Source of the DNA: Octopus bimaculoides
Taxonomy: Eukaryota
Direction of reading: 5' to 3'
Assembly (NCBI RefSeq): GCF_001194135.2
Contig: NC_068981.1
Location: forward strand, 84,000,286-84,048,420
Length of the DNA: 48,135 nt
The position numbers and the translations under genes are program-made. The notes beneath the pieces are model-generated. The model saw nothing but the letters and a program-made list of their open reading frames with translations. It was not told the DNA's origin and ran no database searches. This document shows, in pieces, positions 25,723-37,092 of this stretch (the stretch's first letter is position 1; each line of letters opens with the position of its first letter).

Positions 25723-28700
25723 AAATGTTCACTGTACGCAATGACCCTCGCACTTGGCACTTTATACAGTAAATAGCAGTTATGAAAATGTTGTAAAGTG
25801 GCCTATGACATGGTAGGAAGAACTGAAAATGTGTAATGTGGTGACACTATGGACGATAGAAAAGATGCTAAAACGGGAACGGGAGCTGAAATCTTATCCT
25901 ATGTGGCTTTAGGAGTTTTGAATTTCGAAGTTAGAATTTATATTTGGACGAGATTAAGGAAATTAAACATACATCACTTCGAATGATGCATTGCAAAGAT
26001 TATAAGTGACGAGAATAAGATGATTTAACTAGGAATAAAAGCCGGATTGCGGTCTATATTTATCTTTTCAAAATTGATATTAATTACAGAGAAGCAACTA
26101 ATAAAAATATTAGCGGAATTCATCCGAGTATATCTGTACAGTGAAATATATGTAGAACTATAAGAAAACGTTGAGATTTATATGTTTATAATTTCAAAAT
26201 CTATATTATTATATCCTTCATTAGGAAAGCAAAGCGTTATAATAATCCCAGTATAAAGATCATTTTATGTCATAAAAATAAACTGATTAAAAATCAAAAC
26301 AGTGTATCATGTGGTATTAACAAAATGTAATTTCTGAGCAAAATATACTCTAATAAATAATATGTCTTTTGTAAATAAAACTCGGAGCAATTCTAAAATA
26401 AATGATTTTATTATTTCCCAGAAGTAGAGTTTAAGTTATAGTCACATATTCTTGTTTGAAATTGTATAATTCATTCATTCATTTTATGAATTTAATATCT
26501 GCAGATACGTGATTTTATATCGTATATTCCTAGTGTCAAGCGTATATGGGATTTTCAGAGTAATTCCATCTTAATCTATTTGATAAAAGCCCAAAAGGAC
26601 TGAAAGCAGGATAAGCAGGTTAAAGAAAATGAAATTAATATTTTCTGTAAAAAACAACAACAAAAAAAAACACAAAATATTGTTGTTTTAAACGTTCAAA
26701 TCTTTCAATCCATTTCACAGACATGTCCCAAAGGAAAATATCCATTTTGTAATCTTTAGTTGAATGTGATGCTAAAAGACAGTTTGATATCATTCGTGAG
26801 AGTGTATTCGAATTTAATTTAGCTCCAGATCGTCTTGATCTACAGAATGTATACCTGATCAGTTTCTGCATAAAGAGCATATCTGAATATTGTCTACACT
26901 TGATGATTAATATGCTGCCAGGGAAAAAGAAGGAAATAACTTGGTATATTAAAATATTGACTTCACGAGGGACGGCTTTATTAACACTAATCATAAACAG
27001 CAAGAATATCTAAATATCGAATTGAGACTGAAAATTTAAATTTATATACATACATGCATGCATGCATACATATATACATACATATATACATACATATATA
27101 TTTACACACAAACACACACATATACACACATATGTGTGTGTGCTTGTGTGTATAAATTTACGCACTTACATATATGTATACATATATGTGTATGTATAAA
27201 AATATGCAAAAGCACATATACATATATATATATATATATATGCACATATGTGTATGAGTGTGTATGATTATGTATATATGTCTCTTGTTTTAAAGTAGCT
27301 CTATTATTTTATCGCAGCCCAATTTCCACATATTTAAGTCTTGAAGTCGAGAAAAATAAAAATAGTTTAATGTAGCACTCAAAAGACGAAAAGCTTTTAG
27401 CTATTTTAGCTATTTTCCGAGATTGGGCTAAAAGAAAATGTAAATCGTATTTAGCGGAAACGTGTGATTTGTTCGCATATAAAATACCTGTGATTGCTTT
27501 TATATGGAAAATGTCTTTAGTTTTGTTGCATTAAAATTTCCAGAATTAAATTGTGATACTTGAGAAAGTATTATGGAGTACGTTTGCTTTGAATGTTGTT
27601 TGCTTGAACATAATAAATTTGATAGTTTGTTGAGGGACTATCTTATAAAGATGACCAACAAATATATAAAGGAGAAAGGAACATAAAACATTACTGGATC
27701 AAGCTATCAGATTATCAATGGAGCAGACGACAAACGTTTGGTTAAAGCCAATAGTAATAATATAACATTCAGAATTTTATAAAATAAATCTCACATGGAT
27801 GCAAACAAAGTATTACTTTTAGAGAAGCATTGTTTGAAAACCTTATACTAAGACGAAAGAAGGAAAGAATGAAACAGTCATAAGTAAAAATATAACAGTA
27901 GGAGCATCAAGAGCGGAAGATTTGGTTATTTTGTTAACATTATTTTTGCTTAATGGCGATGTTGTGTGGCAGAGTGAGGTTAGCATCAATATGGTCAGGG
28001 CTCCAGCCAAAATTGTGATTCCGCTTTTAAGGCACTCACTATAATAACAGATCGTGGAAACGCTGCACTGATGCTACAACGAAGATTTTTCTGGTAAAAC
28101 TTTATCCAGAACCCAATGCTTCGAAATATTTCATGAGTTGAGAGAGTAGGAAATGGATCATGGCTCAGTAATGTAGAACGTAGGAAGCTAAAAGAGCTCC
28201 GTACAAGTTGAAAATACAAGTTGAAATATATGCGAAGTTGAATATATCCGGAACAAAGCAATTGAGAAATGTAATTTATCTCTTCTTTTGCGATCAGCAA
28301 ATGTTTCACTGATGTTTCAAACAACATCTTTAAACAGGTCAGTTATGTGGCTGAGAAACAATTCGAAGTATTACTTCATAAAATGAACGAGGGTAGAGTG
28401 CTACTAAAAATCTAATGGGGAAAGTGATACAGAATAAATAGACTCTTCTCTGAAAAAATATATTGTCTGACATTTCAACACCTATGACTTTATGGAATAT
28501 TGTTTGTATAAAAATGGTTTGATATATTGGAGAATCCTGGGAAAAAAACGTTTCCTTAGCGACAATCAGAGCATTTACATATAAGAACTAGCGCCTCTAC
28601 CTCTGAGATTAATATATCGATCACCTAACATATATCAAAGTTAATAAGAACGACAATGATGCTTTCTTTATTAACCAAAACGGGTTGCAAGAGATAGAGA

Positions 28701-29240
28701 GAACAGTACACTAAAAAACAGTACAATCTGGTGTTACACAAAAGAACTTGTAAAAAAGAACTTTTAAACAAGGGAATATTTAAAATGAAGAAGAATTCTT
28801 CCATGTGTCCTCATAGAAGGATTCAGAAAATCAGGGTTTGCCTGACCAATAATACAAGTGTCCACTTCCAGCCGTCTCGTTCTATTCTACATGTTTACGC
28901 TCAGAACATGCTATTTAGTTGGATCTTGTTCACCACATTCATCAACAAATTGCAGTGGGGTGGAGTAGCACTCCCCTATTCGCCCACATCTTTCTTTTCA
29001 AATGAAACTTGAAAAATATGAGGGCTGCTGGCAGACATCTGGCATAGACGTGTTTCACTTGGCTGTCGAGATATGCGATTACTAAATTCATGGAATTAAT
29101 GCGACGATATCTAAGTGAGGAGTGAATAGGTGGACTGAAAACAGACAACAATTACAAGAAAATGGTAACATTAATTAACTAAATTACAAGAAAATGGTAA
29201 CATTAATTAACTAAATTAATCAATGTTTTTCCCTCAAAAA

Positions 29241-29450
29241 GCGGCGAGCTGGCAGAAACTTTAAGCACTCCGGGCGAAATGCTTAGCAGTATTTCGTCTG
29301 TCTTTAAGTTCTGTGTTCAAATTCTGCCGAGGTCGACTTTACCTTTCGGGGTCGATAAATTAAGTATCAGTTGCGTACTGGGGTCGCTCTAATCCACTGG
29401 CTCCCTCCCCCAAAATTTCGGGCCTTGTGCCTAGAGTAGAAAAGAATATT
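29241..29450 (+). mobile_element. SINE-B, full-length copy with tail type 1
   Basis: Head gcggcgagctggcagaaac, B box GTTCAAATTC 29315-29324, core cggggtcgataaattaagta; possible TSD tttttccc on both sides. Confidence 0.93.
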
Positions 29451-30759
29451 TTTTCCCCTTTTAATCATATTTTTTAACTGAAATTGTACCACGCTATATG
29501 TAAAAGATTAAGTTTTTGGTGAAATATATATGTTTTGTTAACGGAGTTAAATACCAGTGATGGTCGCAAATGTTAGAGAAACGACATGTTTTTATGAAGC
29601 GACTCTAGATAATCACTGATACTTATTCATACCGACAGTTAGAGTCATGAAAAACAAAGTTTGCTATATTAACATTTTAACGGAAATATTTTAGCCTGGT
29701 TCTCAAAATATTCTGCCGTTCTGCTGATCTAAATACGAATAGAATATTAAATACATAAGTTAGAATACAAGCGATAGGTTGAATTTTCAAGATTTAAGCT
29801 GTCCCTCAATGAACGATTGTTCTTATTGACCTATTTTTCAGAGAAGCAGTTTTCTAACGTTCTTCATTACCTTTCTCAATAACTAAGCTTGCCTCAACAA
29901 ACTCTGGGTGTTACAGTGGACATTTAGGTGTGGTTTATTATAGAGCTAACGAAAATAAGCAAATGTGAGCTACCTTAATTTAGAATACGAAAAAAAAATT
30001 CCGTATGAGGTATCACTCTAGATCAAGCTGTTGTGCCTACTGTTATGCATTACGTACTTTATAAACATATTTTTATAATACCTTTCCATTCTTTTACAAA
30101 TATGGCTATTTATAATTTGTATTTATATTAATTTGTTAAAGTGAGCTACACTCCTACCAACACAAATCCTGTCACAAAGATCTTCTTAACTTCGATTAAA
30201 AATTTCGTTAAACATTTTCAAAATCGTTCCGGCCTGGGATACGGCCAAATATTTCCTGCATTTAAAACTTCCTGCGAACGCTCATGTTATCTCATCATCA
30301 AGAAATGATCCATGGAAATTCATTGTAAATATTAAACGTATTAACCTTGCATAATCATTCTACATCTTAACTCACGAAAACACTGTTGAGGCATTGAACC
30401 TTGATATTCTTCAAAGTTAACATATATTAAGGAAGGAAGATATAAGAATAAAGTTCCTTCAAAGCCAGCCGTAATATACACACGTCTACGTAAGTATGTA
30501 TCTATCCATGTGTATATATGTGTATATATTTATATAATATATATGTGTGTGTGTGTATGTATTTATGCATGTATGAATGTGTGTATGGATACATACATAC
30601 ATAGACGTGTATATATACACACATATATATATTCATATGCATGCATACATACATACGTGTGTGTGTGTGTATGTGTTTATGCGTGTATGAATGTGTGTAT
30701 GGATACATACATACATATACGTGTATATATACATATATATATATATATACATATGCATG

Positions 30760-30792
<33 letters not shown>

Positions 30793-31133
30793 GTGTGTGT
30801 GTATGTGCATGTGTGTCCGTGTGTCCGTGATGTGTGTATGTGTATGTGTTTGTGTGATATCCTGAGAATATGTATAGTCTTCTAGTATGTGAACTTATTT
30901 AAGCTCTTATGTTTCAAAATGATTTAATCCATATGTATATACACATAACGTAGACATGATTACAAGTATCTTAAAATATTTTTTCTTTCGTACTATTAGT
31001 TGCTCATATCAGACTCTAGTAGTATTTGTTCAATTATTTGTTTAATGTAAATTCTCATGTCTACTTTACATTTAGCTATGTGTTTGTGTCTGTGCGCATG
31101 ATACACACACATATACTATAATATAATATAATG

Positions 31134-31180
<47 letters not shown>

Positions 31181-31569
31181 TTTTGAAAATATAGATGTGA
31201 GAAATAGCAGATTCCACTGCAGCGATGTTGTGTAATTGGAACAGTGAGTGTAAAGTCAAAGGTTAGCCATGTCATGACAAGACCCATAAATTTCAAATAC
31301 ACTTGCTTCCGCTTCATAGGTCTCTTAGTTTAGCTTTCAGGTGTTGTGCAATATATCCATGCATTCTCGTATGCAATGAAACATGTGTACACATGTAAAA
31401 TAAACATACGAACACATGTACGTTATCGCTGAAATTATATACATGCATACAAACATGTAGAGGGATTGATAACTAGATAGGCAGATAGATAAATGGATTG
31501 TTAGGCAATGGATGCTTATAGGTATTCGAGGTCAAACAGACTGAATTCGTGCGCAGTTAATGTTTTTAT

Positions 31570-31802
31570 CTTTTATCCTTTACTTGTTTTAGCCATTTGA
31601 CTGTGGCCATGCTGGGGCACTGTATTGAAGGGTTTTTAGTGGAAAAATCGACCCCAGAACTTATGTTTGGAGACTAGTACTTATTCTATCCGTCTCTTTT
31701 GCTTAACCGCTATTGTGGCAAAGATGTAAACACACTAACACCGGTTGTTAAGCGGTGGTAGGGTCTAAACACTGGCACAAAGATACACACAGACACACAC
31801 AC

Positions 31803-31838
<36 letters not shown>

Positions 31839-32140
31839 CGATACCAAATCCATCTTCTGGTTACTTAATCATTATCTCAACTAACACTGCGGAATTCCGG
31901 AAATAGATCCAACGGAAATATATCCCGACTGCAGATGACACCAGGTAGCCCAAACTGTTAACATGCTTTACTCAGCACACTATTTGACACATGCCCATTT
32001 GTCCAAAATATTACACACACATGCACACACATATATATATGACAGATATCTTTCAGTTTCTATCTACCAAATTTCTATTACAAGGTTGTAATCAGTCCGA
32101 GGCTATGGTAGCAGACATTGCCCAAAGTGCCTCGCCTGCG
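31570..32140 (-). mobile_element. SINE-A, old copy split by an approximately 178-bp insertion in its central microsatellite
   Basis: 3' half 31570-31800, unrelated sequence 31835-32012, 5' half 32040-32140 (tctttcagtttctatctaccaaat...ccgaggctatggtagcagacattgcccaa). Confidence 0.8.
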
Positions 32141-32297
32141 CTCAGAACAGTGTATGTATATATATTACTGTGCCCATACGTTCTCAAAAGTTTACATAAA
32201 AGGATCGATTACTTAAGTTAAGGAGCACTATAGGAGACACACAACTACAATCTTAGTGAGCAGTACATACTACTACTGGAAGAAATTACCACGTATT

Positions 32298-32739
32298 GAT
32301 TTCAAATTTTGGCTGAAGGCCATCGATTCTAAGGAAGGGGGCTAGCCGATTACATCAACTGTAGTGCTCGGCTGGTACTTATTTTATCAACCCCGAAAGA
32401 GATGAAAAGCAAAATCGACCTTCATGGAATTTGAACTGAGAAAGTAAAGACGGACAAAACGCCAGCGTAGTAACGATTCTTATTTCTTTATTACCCACAA
32501 AGAGTTAAACATAGAGGGGACAAACAAGTACAGAGAAAGGAATTAAGTCGATTACATCGACCCCAGTGCGTAACTGGTACTTAATTTATCGACCCCGAAA
32601 GGATGAAAGGCAAAGTCGACCTCGGCGGAATTTGAACTCAGAACGTAGAGGCAGACGAAATACCACTAAGCATTTCGCCCGGCGTGCTAAGGATTCTGCC
32701 AGATCGCCGGCGTAGTAACGATTCTTCCTGGTCGCCGCC
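32298..32739 (-). mobile_element. Older SINE-B (tail type 3) acting as host for a younger SINE-B
   Basis: Body 32298-32464; head ggcggcgaccaggaagaatcgttactacgc at 32710-32739. Confidence 0.85.
32482..32709 (-). mobile_element. Young full-length SINE-B (tail type 2) with a 17-bp TSD
   Basis: TSD gcgtagtaacgattctt at 32465-32481 and 32710-32726; head, B box and core intact. Confidence 0.95.
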
Positions 32740-32778
32740 TTTGAGGTTACTGCATATTAAAAGACTTAATATATTATA

Positions 32779-32994
32779 CAGGGCTGCACCAAAATAGCTA
32801 TACAGTTTTCGGTTCAAGCATTCACCGAAAGTTCTCAAAACTCAAGCAAAGAGGGTCTACAGTGATTTAAGGATCTCCACTCGCAGATCATTTTGTCGAC
32901 TTATGAATCGATTAGTTTTAAATATGCATAGAGAAATGAAAAAAACATTCCACTCGTTTTCAGCGACTGTATACCTACTTTTGCTCACCCCCTC
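32779..32994. mobile_element. Degenerate Tc1/mariner-type MITE
   Basis: TA|cagggctgcaccaaaatagctatacagt ... actgtatacctacttttgctcaccccctc|TA: imperfect TIRs of about 28 bp with flanking TA. Confidence 0.55.
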
Positions 32995-33084
32995 TAGTAT
33001 GTGTAGACTCTATATTGATATATTGAGGAAATAATACCTTAGAACAGTATTGTTCAACAGGCTCCTCAACAGGCTGGTATGAAT

Positions 33085-33186
33085 GGGCGACAGCTGGCCT
33101 TCCACAAACAACCTTGTCCAGACTTGTGCCTCGGAGAGTAACTTTCTAGGTGCAATCCCATGGTCATTCATGACCGAAGGGGGTCT
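33085..33186 (+). mobile_element. Probable 3' tail fragment of another retroposon family
   Basis: GC-richer island resembling an Octopus repeat tail (recall only); ends with hairpin ggtca-ttca-tgacc (33162-33175). Confidence 0.4.
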
Positions 33187-33344
33187 CCTGAATTGATAAT
33201 GCATGCATGCATGTGTTTCTATGTGTGGTAGTGTTATTACGTTAAAGGATGCAATTTAAGGTTAACAATTGTACATTTACTAAATGATAAAGTGACTAAA
33301 CACTGAGAATAGTGTAAAATCTATTGTAAATTTCGGTTCGATAA

Positions 33345-33455
33345 ATCAGTCTGGTAGTAGACGTAGAACATACTTGCCCAAGATGCTTACTTATCGAGAA
33401 TCGAATGTAGAACCATGTTCCTGAGAATCAAATGTCTTAACCACATAATGTACCT
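33345..33455 (-). mobile_element. Very old SINE-A-like head
   Basis: tagaacatacttgcccaagatgc...agaaccatgt...ttaaccaca resembles the SINE-A head on the minus strand. Confidence 0.45.
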
Positions 33456-35384
33456 CCTACATTAAGGATAGAAAGAGTGTGAAGAAAAAAGTAATTGGAA
33501 AAGAAGGGAAATTAGTTAAGAAAAAGAAATGAAGGAAAGAAATAATGAATTAATTATGGAATAAATATGATTACGAGAGATTAAAGCAATAAGCGTATTA
33601 AAAATAATAAAGTCAAATGAGATACAAAGATAAGATGAAAGGAGATGACGTAAAGCTGATGAGAGCTTTGAGAGAATTCAAGATGAAGGAAATTAATTAA
33701 AGGAAACAAATGGTTAGAAGAATAATTAATTAATAATACTTACTCTTTTATGTCATCATTTTTAGTAGAAGGAAAAGGGAAGCTGTAGAATTCCTGTTTT
33801 TCTCTTGAGAAAAGAAAATATAAAAAATGCGGAATTTCCCGTTTTCATTACATCTTTCTTTGTTTTTAATGTTTTAAGTCAATGTACATCTTTTCCAGTC
33901 ATTAATTTATTCTTAGTACTTGTCTGTATTTATGTCTGTCTTCAATTCTGTTTTCGTTTGTTTTCTATACTTGTGTTTAAATTCTGGTTAATCGTTTTCT
34001 TTATTGATTTAATTTTCTCTTGTATTCATTTCTTATTCTTCTACTTAACATCTTCAACAATTCTTTTCCTTTTATTTCCTTTATCTCTCAATTTCTTTTC
34101 CTTCTTTTCTTATCTTGTCAATCTCTATCTTTCTTTTTGTTGTCTGACCTTAAACATAACATTTTGAGTTTTCTGGCAAACTCAACGTTTCCTTCCGACA
34201 CCTTCTAACAACTTATCGGTCATTCGCTGATCCTTTCATCACATCAGCTACAAGATAATACCAAAGCTTTGACTAGTATTTACACTTCCACCTTTCTAAG
34301 TGTGCTTTGATTTTACTTTTAAACAGTGCCTTTCATGTGTGTCAACATATATTTTTAACTACTTCACACAATCAGCGATCCTTCATCTGTACAAGTTTAT
34401 CCAAAGCTAATGTAAACGGCCCAGAGATGTGCAGTCACTAAAGTGGCAAATACTATCAGATTATACTTAAAACAGCGGATTCCAAGTTAATATGTTTTGA
34501 TTCTGAGAAAAATTATCGAGTTCAAAGGTGAAACAACAAGGAATAACATTTAACTGTTTAGCACTCAGTGGTGAAAAATAACAAATATATTTTAGGATTG
34601 TTGGCGATGATGTAAACAAATAAATAATAATAGTTATTAACAGCTCTTTTAGCAAACTTAGTATTAATACCATAAACTTCTATAAAGAATTTCGCTTTTA
34701 TGATTTTTGGTTAATCGATGTTTCTCGTTAAACTTGTCTATAAGATTACATCTTAACGTTGTCTCACAAATCTCCTTGGTTCACAAGTAAAGTGACTCTA
34801 CTTAATTCAGTATTTTTGTTGATTGAAAAATGTTATGCATTCAAACAATATGCAATTAAATGAATTCACGATAAATTATGAGATTTCCAAATGTTGTCAC
34901 TAAAAAGATATTGTCGATATGTTACACATGTCTAGATTCTAGCACGACCCTAGAATGGAACGCCAATTTTTTGTTGCGGTGCTTTTTGTGTACACATAAT
35001 GTGTTTATGATTTCGCGATACGTGTCGGTATGAAAATCAATCGATTCCTACTATAACATTTAGATATCTAAACTTAGCCCGACTAATATAACCCTGCGAT
35101 GACTTTCACACACTTTCATTTACCAAATAGTAAAAATTGATGTCACATCGGCTATGAGAAGGTTTCATTGAGTCAATCACAGGTTCATGTGACCAATAAT
35201 TAAAACATAAACATAACAGTTACTCGTCGTAGTCGCCTTTATCTTGCAGCCGAGAACTAAATTTTTGTTTTGCTGTACACTTCGTTTATGGTGAATACTT
35301 ATTCGTAGCTTGATTAAAAGAATCGCTTAACAATTTTACGCATAAAGTAATATTTCTAGGCATTGTCGGTTAAAAAGACACCAG

Positions 35385-35725
35385 GATAAGGCACCACTTC
35401 ATAGTACCAAAAACCGCAACAATGCCATCAGGATACAGGATCAGATTGTGCAAAAGCTTGGGCTTCAAAATCCCACAACTCTTCCGTATCCTCACACAAA
35501 GCCTGCGAGACCTGCATGGCGAGGGTGAAGACATTTTCAAAACAAAACTAGATCTCCTTCTGTCAAGAATTCCGGATGAACCAAACCCAAGGCAAGAAAC
35601 ACAGATGAGGGCAACAACATCAAACTCCATGATCCACCAAATGTCAAGTGATTTGGTGAAAGTGTTGCAAAGTAAACGTCGGTGCCCCAGCATAGCCGCA
35701 GTCCTCGGACTGAAACTTAAAGCAA
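35385..35725 (+). mobile_element. 3' end of a CR1/L2-group LINE (ORF2 C-terminus plus 3' tail)
   Basis: SLGFKIPQLFRILTQSLRDLHG..DIFKTKLDLLLSRIPDEP..QMRATTSNSMIHQ is a typical CR1/L2-group C-terminal pattern; A-rich end at about 35721-35730. Confidence 0.8.
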
Positions 35726-35931
35726 AAAAATTTTTTTCTTCTTTTTCAAAACAGATTTACCTACTATTTAAATATTGGATTTGATTCATTAAAGAATTAA
35801 TATAGCTTGAACAGAATTGGGTTGCACATTTGGAGACTATTTGGAGCAGCTACGTTAATTCATCAGAAAAACGGAAGCTTCTACAAGCCTATAATTAGCA
35901 TAAAATAAATAAATGTGTGTGTGTGTGTGTG

Positions 35932-35974
<43 letters not shown>

Positions 35975-36352
35975 NNNNNNNNNNNNNNNNNNNNNNNNNN
36001 NNNNNNNNNNNNNNNNNNNNNNNNNNNNNNNNNNNNNNNNNNNNNNNNNNNNNNNNNNNNNNNNNNNNNNNNNNNNNNNNNNNNNNNNNNNNNNNNNNNN
36101 NNNNNNNNNNNNNNNNNNNNNNNNNNNNNNNNNNNNNNNNNNNNNNNNTAAGTAAATCTCATAATTTATCGCGAATTTATTTAACTGCATATTCTGTTTA
36201 AATGCATAACATTTTCATTCAACAAAGTTACGGAATTAAGCAGAGTGAACCCAGGAGATTTATGAACAACCTTACTTATATATATATATATATGCATGTA
36301 TGTATGTAGGTATTTATATATGAATGTATAAGTATATGTACATGTGTGTATG

Positions 36353-36383
<31 letters not shown>

Positions 36384-36453
36384 CTGTGTGTCTGTCTGTC
36401 TGTCTGTCTGTCTGTCTGAATATGTGATATTTGTGTTTCTGTCAAGTTATATC

Positions 36454-36763
36454 GTGGCACTCTGTCGGTTACGACGACGATGGCTCCAGTTGATCCGATG
36501 AACGGAACAGCCTGCTCATAAAATTAACACTGAAGTAGCTGAGCACTTCACAGATACGTGTATCGTTAACGTAGTTCTCGGGGTGATTCAACATGACACA
36601 GAGTGTGATAAGGCCGGCTCTTTGAAATACAGGTACAACGGAAACGGAGAAAGAATGAGAGAAAGTTGTGGTGAAAGAGTAGAACAGAGTTCACCACCAC
36701 CCTCTGCCGGTGCCTCGTTGAACTTAAATGTTTCGCTCAATAAACACTCTAAAATCTCGGTCT
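36454..36763 (-). mobile_element. SINE-C body and tail
   Basis: Tail matches 3540-3699 in reverse; the centre is different from that copy. Confidence 0.85.
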
Positions 36764-36823
36764 GAGGCGCAATGGCCCAGTGGTTAGGGCAGCAGTCCCG
36801 TGGTCGTAGGACCGCGGTTTCGA
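36764..36823 (+). mobile_element. tRNA-derived SINE head, opposite in orientation to the adjacent body
   Basis: gaggcgcaatggcccagtggttagggcagc...cgcggtttcga: A box TGGCCCAGTGG and a truncated B box; no complete tRNA cloverleaf. Confidence 0.75.
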
Positions 36824-36939
36824 GCTTGGTTCTTTACTATTTAAGGTCCTGATTCGCTTGACTTCTGAACTTTTATAATACGTCTACTTGTGCAGAACCA
36901 TAATCTCCCGACGCTTCTGGTACTTAAGTCTATATGTAT

Positions 36940-37092
36940 GTGTGTGTACGCGTGCGTGTGCGTGTTTGTGTGTGTACGCGTGCGTGTGTGTACGCGTGCG
37001 TGTGTGTACACGTGCGTGTGTGTACGCGTGCGTGTGTGTACGCGTGTGTGTGTACGCGTGCGTGTGTGTACGTGTGCGTGTGTGTGTGTGTG
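36940..37092. repeat. About 14-bp minisatellite (GTGTGTACGCGTGC)n
   Basis: Repeated gtgtgtacgcgtgc units with strict purine/pyrimidine alternation. Confidence 0.9.

Noticed and set aside
28760-29140. Fragments faintly like an RTE endonuclease (YYWSGKP)
   Set aside because: Too short and scattered across frames to support a call
35169-35197. AP-1 (TGAGTCA) plus CCAAT; also a GC box at 44323-44331
   Set aside because: Short motifs are expected by chance and there is no linked gene or TSS evidence
36764-36823. Possible tRNA gene
   Set aside because: The B box is truncated and there is no acceptor-stem partner; it is a SINE head
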